DNA of 64,000 nucleotides from Antedon mediterranea (taxonomy: Eukaryota > Animalia > Echinodermata): the NCBI RefSeq assembly GCF_964355755.1, contig NC_092675.1, positions 25,268,912 to 25,332,911 of the forward strand, written 5' to 3'. Numbering within the stretch: position 1 is the first letter of the stretch; the number at the start of each line of letters is the position of its first letter. Under the pieces are notes generated by a model. It did not search any database and was not told where the DNA came from. It saw nothing but the letters and a program-made list of their open reading frames with translations. The position numbers were made by a program, and so were the translations under genes. Positions 43,411 to 55,900 of this stretch are shown here, piece after piece.

Positions 43411-44193
43411 AGGTAAGATAAGCTAACTTTCTAGGCTGGAAGGTAGCTGAAATTAAAAATAAATTTTTAAATCATAAATTGTAATTTTGAAGGGCTAGCC
43501 TATATTAATAACAATGAAAGAAAAAGAAAATCAAATCAAAGACACTAATAATAATATAAAACTAGGCCTAGAGGTTAGGTTAGGTAGATTATTATACTAA
43601 CTAAATATATATACAGTATAGCTGTAAAACTCTAAAGCAATAAATCAGTCTATAAAAGTATTTATATAAATGTAACAACATCATCCGAATCGTCCTGCTA
43701 ACTACCCGCCGGCCAGCCAGCTCCTCTCATACTTGTGAGTATCGTATCAGCCCCCGTATAAGTAGCTACCTAGCCTAGTTAGTACTGTAACTAGTAATAA
43801 CAAGGTTTAGGTAGTCCCGGCTAGGCCTAGGCTAAGACTAGAGTAAGAGAGCTATAAATAGGGCTAATCATACTACTAGACCTTTTCCTAACACTAACTT
43901 GCTTGAGCTAAACAACTACGGAACTAATTTTACAAATAAAATAACATTATCGTTTGAAACTAACTGATATAACCGGCATTTTAAGACACAACACCGGCCG
44001 GCAGAGTTCTTTTTTCAACTGTCTGTAAGAAAGTCTACCGACATACGTACACTTCTTGAACTATAGAGGGGGTTTCATATAAGTTTCACTCCTTAAGCTT
44101 CTTGAAAAATGTGTCATAGTCTCGTTTGGTCCAGACGGATCGTCATGTTGTTGCATTGTGTTGCGTAATGTGTTTACACGGCGGGTTGATGAT

Positions 44194-47107
44194 ATGAATA
44201 AGAATGTGTTATTGTTATGCTGCATTTTGAGAAGATCGCAGACAGTTTTTTCTATAATCAAAAACTACGATCTCGTTAAATTTGAATATATCTTTTGTCA
44301 ATCATACCGATTTATTTCTTCTTCAGCTAACCAGCCACTAGGTTGGCCTGTGAAGCAAAGATCGAAAAGCTATAGTAGTAGGCCTATCTTGGCTGTGAAG
44401 ATCACAACACAAGGCCTAACTAGTAATAGTACTAGTAGTATAGGAGGAGTACGAGTAGGGTTACCACCACTTGTCATGGCCTCCTCACAGTTAACAAATA
44501 GCCCTGCTGGTGGTTTTTCTCATCAAAAATTTGATTATTTTCTTGTGCTTGATTTTGAAGCAACTTGTGATAACGAAACAAGGATGTATCCACAGGTAAT
44601 AAAATAAGAAAATGTAGTTAACAGTCTTAAAAAGCAATTGGTATTTGGTATAGGGACCTGTATTATTATCTATTTATGACACACGTTATATACTTTTTTT
44701 TAAGAGTACTCTTCACAAACGATTATGGATTACACATCAATTAATTGGAAACAAAAGGGAGACAAAAAAGAAATGATCGTAATATTAATCCCTAAAGTAA
44801 AAGGAACAATGTTTGTAATATGTCAAATGCTAGCCATAGGACTAGTAAGTTGTTATGAAATCTGAATTTAATAAACTTTATTTTATATAATATTTTCTTC
44901 CAATCAGGAAATTATAGAACTACCCGTCCTAAAGGTGAATGGAAAAACATTTGAAACTGAGGCAGAATTTCACACCTATGTACAACCAACTTCCAACAGA
45001 CAACTTACTCAATTTTGTACCGAGGCAAGTTAATTTTAAAATGAATTGAAAACCTGTGTCGGATAACATTGTACAAGCCTAATTTAGTAATTTTTAGTAA
45101 TTAGAACTATTGTTTACTTGCAGTTGACTGGAATCACGCAAAGCATGGTAGATGGAAAACCAACTTTTCAAGAGAGTTTAAAAGTAAGTTCTTACTTAAC
45201 CTTCATTTTAATTAAACTTCACTACTACTTTTACACATTTCAGACATATATTTCTAAACATTTTGCACAGGGAGTTGTAGATATCAACGAAATGAAAAAT
45301 AAAACACTAACAATAATGAGATTATATATATTTTGTGTGAAAGTTGATGGACAATCTATTATAGAAAAATAAAAATAATTTTTGATATAGTCGAGTTAGG
45401 TGATAGTGAAATAGAATAATAATTCGTGTATTTTTTAGATGTTAAATGATTGGATGGTCCAACAAGATTTATTAAGTGGAAATAATTCCTTTATTTTTGT
45501 AACATGTGGTGACTGGGATTTTAGGAAACAGTGAGTCAATATGCTTATTTTAATATATATTTTATAACACAAATCCTGGTTCAAAGTCATTGTTTATTTT
45601 CATGAAAACATTATGCATTAATTTATTTATCATTTAAATCTTTTGGCTGTAAAATATTTGTATAGTGCCCTCTGTAAATTGACTGTGATATTTGTTATAA
45701 CGAGGATAGCAATATGAATAACCTTTAGTGAAAATGATTTAAATATATAATTTCTTAAAGATGTATTGTCCCTTTGACTAATTCCAAAAAAAATAAAAAA
45801 TAAAAGATTTCGAAAAAAGGTGGGTCATTTTGAAGTATCATAATAGTTTTTTTTTTTCGAAAAAAAAAAAGTTTTAACTGAAATACAGACGTTTTTTTGT
45901 TAAAAAAATAACTTTGACTTCCAGTCAAAGTTTTCAATCAAAACATATCCCATAATGCAATGCACTTGTTTGGCTACTCTGTATGCATAATCATAAAACT
46001 TCCTCATGATCTGTGTGAAAATACCTTCTTAACCGTGACGAGTTGTAAACAATCCTAATTTAGCATATGCATAATGCGTACTCATGGTTTGAAATCTTTG
46101 TTTACTTTCGCTCGTGACGATTTTCCAGATGAAATGTAATCAAACTAATTTACCTGTTAATTACGTAAACTTGTTGTTTTGGCTTAAATTTTCGACTTAA
46201 ATTTTCGACTTAAAGTGAATAACTTTAATATTACTTTGATATGGCCACTTTAAATTTAGAATATTTTGACCTTCATTTTTTTGTGTTTCAAGGGACAATA
46301 CATCTTTAATATAATATAAGGTGTAAAATGGTTGCTAATAATATAATTATCCACCGATTCACACTTTAGAAACTGGTGTCTATAACTAATTGTGTAATAT
46401 ATCTTTCCATATAAATCAAATAGGACAATTTTTTCCTTTGCAGATTAACTCATCAATGTGAATATACTGGGGTACAATTTCCACACTATTGCAAGCAATG
46501 GGTTAATATAAAAAAGGTATGTTTTCACTCCTTCAAATTGATACCATCATAAAATGTTCTTATGTTCTTTTTCATTTTAAAAAACTCAAATTGCTAGATT
46601 ATAATATCTAAAACTTATTAAAAATGTTGTCTTCTTTTGGAGGCATTTGCAAGAGCTACTGGTACTTATTGTAAAGGGATGCCTGGAATGTTAGATAAAT
46701 TGCATCTAACGCTAGATGGACGACATCATAGCGGTATAGGTAAGATACCATCTATTCGGATGTGATTTTTTTGCAATTTTCGATAAAGTAAAGTATCATG
46801 TTATAAAGATATGGTACTGTTATATTAAAAATCTGTAATATGCTACGAAAATATCATACAGTATATCTGCTGTGTAACAGTAAAATGCTTGCCCTATAGG
46901 GAGAGCACAGGTTAGAATTTTTTATCCTGAATTAGTTCACATTAACTACTTCATTTTGTGTATTATGGCCAATTTGTTAACAAGAAAGTTTTATATATTT
47001 TCATTATATTTTATTATTTTCTAGATGACAGTAGAAACATTGCTAAGATTTTAAAAGAGATTGCTAAGAAAGGATTTGTATTTGAAAGGACTGGCTGGCT
47101 AGAGTGA
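44194..47107 (+). CDS. ERI3: ERI1 exoribonuclease 3 (DEDDh 3'-5' exonuclease), 7 exons
   Basis: Exons 44194 (or ATG 44476)-44595, 44908-45024 (GC donor), 45124-45183, 45439-45530, 46444-46516, 46643-46739 (GAG acceptor), 47025-47107. Motifs YFLVLDFEATCD, PQEIIELPVLKV, FCTELTGITQ, FVTCGDWD and GRHHSGIDDSRNI. Confidence 0.93.
45759..46305. mobile_element. Non-autonomous Kolobok-like DNA transposon in ERI3 intron 4
   Basis: TIRs AGATGTATTGTCCCTT / AAGGGACAATACATCT with TTAA duplicated on both sides and purine-purine termini. Confidence 0.88.
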
Positions 47108-48399
47108 CACTGAAGCGAGAAGCAATGTGTCAAATTGAATTTCATAATAATAACTTACTTTAGCCCTCTACTAGACACGGTCATCTATGGGCTAGCCATA
47201 TTTCTGTCATGTGGGCTAGTTAATTTCACTCTTGGGCTAATAAAAATGTTGATATGGCTGCTTAATTTTGTGTTCTATCCAAAGAGGTTATATAACTAAC
47301 AATTTTTTTAAAACTGCACTGTATTTATAAATATTAACATATTATGTAATGAGTTTTACAACAAATAAATGAATGATACAGCGCCCTATTAGAAGGATTC
47401 CATGTCTGGTTTGCATCATTTCGCTATCACCAAGTTAATATAACCTATTTCGTTCTATACATTTTCAGAAAATGGTCTCTTATTGGAGGCTTTTAGTTTT
47501 AATTATAGGGAGACCTACCTATTATATAATTGTGAACCCTTGTAATAAAAATGTATATTGGTACATCATCTAAATCGTGACCTAGATATAGTTACCTTAA
47601 TTATGATTACGATATGAAGTCCTAATAAGCGTTGTGTTGATTATTCGCATGGTTAAACTTAATACAATGTCGTATTATTCTGTATAGAAATGATTGTTGA
47701 TTTGAACACAACAATTACCTTTAGAAAATCAGATGTATACGTTACGATTACAATGAGGCGTATGTGAATTGAAAATAATAGATCTATTCAGAATCTACAA
47801 CATACACTGTTCATTTTAATAACTTAAGAAAACATATGCAACGTAAGATTACAAAAATCCAATATATAAACGTTTTTTAATTTAATTTTGCAAGAAACTA
47901 ATCTAAAATTAATATGAGAATATAAAACTTATGTCGTGATTTAATACTGCGTGAAATATTTAATTTCAACCCTGGCGCCGTATTTCATTATCTTTTACTG
48001 TATAATTGATAATTTTTTTTATTAATAACTAACTATTTTATTTCTGTTATTGTATATATTTTCGTTAGACGGCCTCGTAGAAGAATACTTTTTTGTATGT
48101 TGACATTTTCCCCCAGTTACAAATTAAAGATGATTTGAGGTGTTTTCCTTTCTTAGTATTAATTATGTGCCTTTAGTTGCGGAATACATCATAATCGCAC
48201 TACTGCTGTTACATCAACAACATTGTTGTTATTATTAGAAGTGAAATATGTTAACAGGTTTAATGCACGGTAATAATGATTAATATACCGAGTCTTTAGA
48301 AACTTTGTAAGACTAAATCGTAATCAACATTATTAAAAATAAACTCTTTCCCCCTTTACCCTTTAGTTCTTGTAATGTATTTACTAAAGATTACTGATC

Positions 48400-48910
48400 A
48401 CAATCTTAAACTAAACTTACCATCTTCTTGATGTTAAACATGCCATCTTTCAAACTTTATCTTTGTATCCTTAACTAAAAAAAACTTGATCTTCATATTA
48501 ACTTTTTTTAAAATTAATATTTACTTCTACAATTTCTTAAACTTAATTTAACTTGTCATCTTCTAATCTTTACTAATCCTTCTACTTAATCATCAATACA
48601 CTTGATCTTAATCGTACCAAAACTTTTCATGTTCTTAATTTTAACTAAACTTGGCATCTACTTAATCTTAACTATACTGGTCATTTTCTTAATTTTAATC
48701 GTCATCATTTTAATCCTAACTAAACTTGTTATCTTCTTAATCCTAACTAAACTTGATCTTCTTAATCCTAACTAAATTTTTCATCTTAATTTTAACTAAA
48801 CTAGTTATCTTCATAATCTTAACTAACTTTCTTAATCTTAAAGTAAACTTGTCATCGTCTTCATCTTACTAAACCAGTCACTTACTAAACTTGTCATATT
48901 CTTATTTTTT
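48400..48910. repeat. Degenerate ~27-bp tandem repeat
   Basis: Recurrent TCTTCTTAATCTTAACTAAACTTGTCA variants. Confidence 0.8.
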
Positions 48911-49985
48911 GCAATCTTTAATTTCTTTATGTAGCTTGCATCATCGAAATGATGTTTCAATGGCAAAAAATAATGTTAAAATAATAATCATGTGAAACGG
49001 AGGTCACTAATTTTTTCCCTCTCGTGTATCATTTTTGCCATTCATTTTAATTATACGACAACCCACTAATATTCCCATAATTCCGCCTCCGAATGCATCG
49101 ACCACTTACGACTTTTTTTTTGTTAGTGGTGATCACGTATCATATAAACGTGACTGGTGCACCGGTTATTAAATTCTAATGGCAGATTTGTTTTTTTGTT
49201 ATACCCATTAATTAAAACGGCAAAGATTCATTTTCGATATTGATGCGTCATGTATCGTCACGGTTGGGCAATCAACAGGTAGCCTAATGATTATTACTTT
49301 AGTACTGTTCTATATCTAAAGACTAGGCCTAATTATTGCATTTCAGTTTACGGTATTGATGAAACTGGTAACCGGAAGATGTATATTACTTTTCTACCAA
49401 TCTAATTAAGATATTACATTAACATCACAATTACCAATTCAAGTGGAAGTTAACAAGAAACAGATTCGTTGTGTGGAAGTTAGTTTTCTTGAATGAGATT
49501 TATTAAAACCTGAGCAAGAAGAAGAAACTCGACGAATTGAACAACGAAACATCGGTCAACAAACCTTTTTGACGACACCAAATTTTCCTTTAAAAGTTTC
49601 AGTGAAGATATCAACGCAGCAAGTTAAACGAATATTATTTGTGCATACTCGACGTAGTAGTCGTTTTGAGGAATTAGAGAAATTGTCTTTATTTTTCACA
49701 AGCTGATTTTAATTGTATACCTGATAAGAGAACACATTTTTTTAAACGTCTTTGATTCAATTCAATGTAATCGTCGTCAACAAGATTCTTCGTATACTTA
49801 TATAACTATGCTCTTTGACGAATACAGTAAGAACATTTCATCCATCGACAAGAACGCTTCTGCCTAGCTCAACAGAAAAGTACTTGTGTACCAATTTTAA
49901 CAAATACCCTATATAAAAATATATGACATTATTATATAGTTGGTGGTGACGATTTCTTCCCGAATCAAATAAAAAATACGATTCC

Positions 49986-52900
49986 ATGATGCATTGGCCA
50001 AATATTTTATCATTTTCAGCAATCTTCGTTTATATATTTCTTAGTAATACCGGTGGTAAGTTACTTTGTTTTCTTCGAGATTTTCTGCAATAATATTCTA
50101 CTTTATGAATATGAAACCTATAATTATTTAATGAATTTCTTTATGTGGGCTTATCTAACTTATTCACTACGGTAAGTTATTATTAGGTTATATGCATGAT
50201 ATGCATATAACCTCTTGATTCTGTCAAAATCTTTATTTATTTATTTATTTATTTATTTATTCTTTCCTTAGCACTATTTTGTCCGTGCATTATCTTGGCA
50301 TCAGTTTCATCTAGCTAAGTCAAGTTTTCAGAGTATATTCCTTATGGCCAGGAATCGATGTGGTTATATTTTCACGATGCGTAATCAAAAATTACGCGGT
50401 CTACGCGCGATTTTACGAAATCACGTTTGTAATCATATCTTCACAAGCATGAATCACAATTAAACAAAATTTGGTACTCATAAATTTCAGGTCATATTTC
50501 ATCATATGGCAATTAAATTACGTGCGTAGCGCATATAACGCTTGCGTACGCGCGCTTAAAATGTTCAAAATTGTCAAAATTTATTTTCGATGAAATTAGA
50601 GTACGTTTCAGGCAATTTTAAGCGTTTAAAAAATTGCCATGAGTGCGCCGATTTTTGCACGCGCACTGCGCGTTAAACGTTAATGCGCACTCTTTTTGCC
50701 CGATTTCTGTTTTACAATCTTTCTTTAATAATATCATCATATTTGATTCAGGTTTCAACTCGAAATTGCGTTATACGAGCACGTCAAAAGTGACTGGCTA
50801 CGCACGTATAAGTTAACAAAATGGTGAAAATATGCTAAATTTTAAAATTAATATATATCGTCAGAATGCAGGGGAACACCTATTTTTTATTTCATTTTCT
50901 TGAATTGTATGTATCATATGTATGATTTATTATCAAATTAAGAGAACAAAAGTTGATTAAGTCATCATTAATTGCATATTAAATTAAAAAAACATAATTT
51001 CGACAATCAAACAAATTATGACATTTTCTTAGGCCAAAATAACAAACTTAACATTAACTTTCTTCCTTCAAAAATTCATATATTAAAGTTAAAAGTATGT
51101 AGTTTGACAGTGCATCATTTGTATACATTTTAAAGATGTCATCATAGTAAAAAATTATAATTCATTTCGGTATGTAATAATCTATTTGCATCAAAGTGGT
51201 TACTACATAGTAAATACACGGAGAAATTTTTCTACAACTTTTAGTCAGTTGTGTACGGCTCGGTGGTCTGTGCTCGTGTCTATGGCATTCAAGGTACCGA
51301 GATCGAGTCTCACCTTGGGAAACGAAATAAGATTTTTTTTTTTATTATCCGTATTGTTTGTTCAAATTTATTTCTTAGTGTATAGATTATACACATGATT
51401 TATAATGAAATCTAGATAAAAATTAACTTATGTCTTTATTATTATGTAACAACAAATGTGGTTTATGACATTATACGCATATGGATCTTTGATCGGATTG
51501 TGATACCGGCTATGGTGTTCGCGTTAGCAAGGTCCTATCATATATTATAAATAATTAAAGATTCTGAGAAAATCAATCAATCAATATATCTTTTAAAAAT
51601 CAATTATCTTTATTTAAATCAATGCATATAACCTATAATTCGTCATAGTGACGAATTAAATCTAGTTTATATTATTTCCTTCTTATTTTTCTGTTTTGTA
51701 TGTTTTTTTAATGAAATGGGTTAGGTAGAATAGGTAGTGTTTTAACGCATGTGTATAAATAAAACTTTGGTAGAAGAAGTAATTATTACAAAACAATTAT
51801 GAAATAGGTCAAAATTGTCTTCCATGACCTTTTTAGTAACCTATAAGCGGATGCTATTAGTAAATGTGTAATCTCATTTGTTGTAATAAGTACAAGTTTA
51901 AGTCGTTTCTTGTGGTTAATCTCTACCACTGTGCTTTTAATTACTCCGCAATTAAAATGCAAGTGATCACTCCAAGTAGCAGTCAAATATGGCAATCTTT
52001 ATTATCACACCTGATATGAGTGTGTCAAATGTATAGTAGGTATTTCTAAAATTTATATATTAATCCAAGGCAAAATACTGAAAAATGACAATATTGTGGG
52101 TATCAGTGGCTGGATCTCAATAAAGATTAAAAAAAAGGCGAAAAGCTAAATCAAAACGATAAATTAGCAGAGCTTTCGGGCAGCCCTTCATCAGTTTAGG
52201 CCTAAGTTAATAACTAGAAAGTAATGGATTGTCTCAAATTTTTCTTTTCTCATGCCTACAATATGTTGCTATTTATCCTAGGATTTATTTAATGTAGGCC
52301 TATACATTAGTAAAATTCTTGCTTTCTATAGGCCTAAATCATGTGAGATACCACCTTTCAGTATTTCGATCTGTTAAGATCAAATGATTGACGGTGGTTC
52401 ATTTGTTTTCAATATTATATTACATACGGAAATTAAATTCCAGATATAGTATTAACAATTGTGATCCTTTTTCTTTGTGCTGTGAAATGAATAGATAGGT
52501 CCGGTCTATATTTCATACACAATATGCCTAATATTGTATGCTATTTTAAAGCCTGATTGTCATATCTGCTGTGTCCTAATTGGAATAATAAACAGATTTA
52601 GCTGACTTATTTTACGTTAATAAATATCTTTTGTTACATTTTTCGGAGATCTTTTTTATTAATAGCAACACAGGCATTCAATATTTTGATTTGTCTAAAC
52701 TTTTTTACTGCTTAATACTATTTTAATTTTAAATAAAAACATTTTAAAACGCGTTTTCAGTGTATACACATAATTAAAATGTTTCGATCTATTGAAAGAA
52801 GACATTTTAGCTGCTTGAATTTTGAACCCTTTTTGATAATTGTTTTTTTTATACTTGAACAAAATCTAGTGACCGCGGATTACCCGGGGCTTACACAAAA

Positions 52901-55900
52901 TCTAAGTAATGAATTCATGAGAGGGAATATCAATCAGGATAATTAAGGTTATGATATTTGTCATGGCATTGCAAAAAAACATTAACATTTCAAAGTCCAA
53001 AAATGATATTACATCTCATCATTTTACATATACCCCAATTTATATAATTATTCTATTTAGCTTTACATTATCGTATAAAATAATATATTAAATTTTTCAT
53101 TAATTACCGCCGCCAAGGAGGTTATATTTTCACCCCTGTATGTTTGTGTGTTTGTGTTTTTGTGTGTGTGTGTGTGTGTGTGTCTGTGAACAGCCTGGAG
53201 GCCACAGTTTTTATCCGATTCTCACCAAATTTGGCAACAATGATCTATGTCCCAAAAGCTCGGACGAGTTCGAATTTGAGGGGAAAAGGTCATAGGTCAA
53301 GGTCACAACTAACAAAAAACTATTTTATTGCCTAGAGACCACAGTTTTTATCCGATTCTCACCAAACTTAGCCACAATGGTCAATGGCACATTTTTTGAA
53401 GGGTCAGGGTAAAATATCAAGGTCCACAAAAAGCTACTACACTAAAAGGACTTGAACCAGCGACCTCAACTGTGAGAGGCTGGATACATAACCATTACAC
53501 CAAACTGTCATCCACAACTTTGTAGTGTGCAGTTAACATATTTACACTTAGAACGAATAAAAAAAAATGTAAAAAAGAAATATTCAGGGGGAATTTTATG
53601 TAGGGCAATTTTACAGTAGGCGGAGGTTTGTACTCTCGGAGTACCATCTAGTTTCGTATGTATTTCTTTTCTCAATCTGGAGGTTTAATATGTCGTGGTC
53701 AATTGCAGTAGTATTCAAATAAGTTACATTTGTAATAATTTTCGTTACAGGAGTAGTTTGTACAGATATCATTACAGATCCATCGGTAATTCATTGCACT
53801 ACAAACCCATGCTTAAATGATGGTACCTGTTTCATTGTATACCGTAAGTATTGAAACAGTTTTAATTTAAGAAACCCAAAACAAATACGATATCAATACC
53901 AAATACGAAATGTTAAGTTCTATGAAACTAATACAAAAATGACAGTGTGCATGGCGTTTTCAACACGTTTTAAAGTTATTTGTTTGAAGACATTGATGAC
54001 GTCAATTTATCATGTTATGAGGCTAATGTGGTAAAGTTGATGATGACGTTATCGATGAGGTCATACTGGTAGTGGATAGCATCGATAGGCATGGTTCTGT
54101 ACTTATTAAACCTCGTAATAAAATTAAAAATAATACATTGATGATTATGCTAATTGTATTAATGGGGTTTTTTCAGGAGCCGGTACAAATGAGAACTCTG
54201 AGATAGAGTGTGCAGGTGATATATGTTTAAAGTTTATATTTGAGCCGCGTACGTGGCTAGAGGCAGCTGCCGATTGTGTTGCAAAAGGTGGTATGTTAGT
54301 CAGTCGTGAGTCTCTTCAGAATCCAAATCTACTGGTTAAATCAGCTATGAATGGAGAATTATATTGTAAGTTAAATAAACACTGGTCTGTTGTTTCAAAA
54401 TTAGTTTCTTTTATTAAAATAAGGAAAATACAAATGATACCCCTATAGCACTGTCTTTTGTTTTGTATTTTTTCATTATCCGCTGTCTCATGTTGAAAGC
54501 TTCGCAATCTATTTATCACACATTTTATCTTCAAGTTTAGTACAGTATAATTTTTATATTCTTATAATACTATTTGAAGATAAGTGTATTTTTTGTTTTT
54601 GTTATAGACAACTGTGATAAATTATTTTGGACAAGTGGGTATAGAGATTCCAACAATGATTGGACGTGGGTCTCTACAAATGTTACTGATTCGATATTGA
54701 ATCTCCAAGACAACAACTGCATACATACTGGTTCTCATCCTGAAACCTGTGACGATCTTCAACTGACAGCGGAAAATTGTTCACAAAAGTTGAATTATAT
54801 TTGTGAAATACCTACTAGTATGATACTGGAAGGTAAGACCAAAGAATGTGTGTAGGCCTACGTAAATAATATGTCACATCACAGAGCAAACATTTTAAAA
54901 TAATATTGCTCTAACGTAAATACAACTATTTTTGTTTTGTCTCCTGGTATCTAGTTGAAAATTTCTGCATTTTGTGTTCAAAGAATGTAGTTTGAAATCC
55001 AAAGAAGAACAAAGAATCTTTAATTTCACGGCACTGTTTGTGATTCAGCCTAGGCCTACTTCAAATAATCTAGTAGCTCGGATTTTCAATGATGTTAGAT
55101 AGTTACTATCCTTTTTCTTTTTCAGAGTTGACATATCAGTGTCTTTGTGATAGTGACCACTACGGGGTTGATTGTAATTTAACATACCACAGTTATGGTA
55201 AGTAGGCTTAATATTGACGCTTTGGCTATTTCATGTGCTGTGGATGATATCATTATCATCATCATCATCGTCGTCATCATCATTATAATCATCATAAAAA
55301 CAGACTAACTGGAGTAATAGTGGTGAAGAAAATGTTTCTTACATTATAATAATAGTACAGTATACATTTACCATCAATTCTTCTTCTTTTTTTTAAGATC
55401 TGAAAGAGAATGGTGCTTGTGAAAGTGAAACAATAGAACTAGAATGTCCATCAAATACGATAATCTCTGTGGAAAATGCCCTGTATGGAAAAAATACAGT
55501 TACACATATGAACTACCAATGTCCAAACAGGATTGAAGATGTCGTAGCAGAATCTTGTAAAGGTTCTGGAAATGCATCTTTTCTTGTTACTGAATTATGC
55601 CATGGAAGAAACAACTGTTCATTTACAGTTAATGAAGAGACGCTTGGCGTCGTGTCTTGCTTTAGCGGTCTTGTTGAAAATAAAGACTTTTACTTGGAAG
55701 TATTTTACTCCTGTAGGCCTGGAGGTGAGCATATTGGTCGTTTTATGCATCATGTACCAAACTACCAATGTGTGTATTCAATCATAAATGTAAATTGTTA
55801 ATTTGTTTGTTAAAGATTCGTTAGAAATGCAATATGGAACATCTGTGAAATGTGGATATGACGATGACCCAGAATATCCAGTGTTTATATCGTGCCAAGG

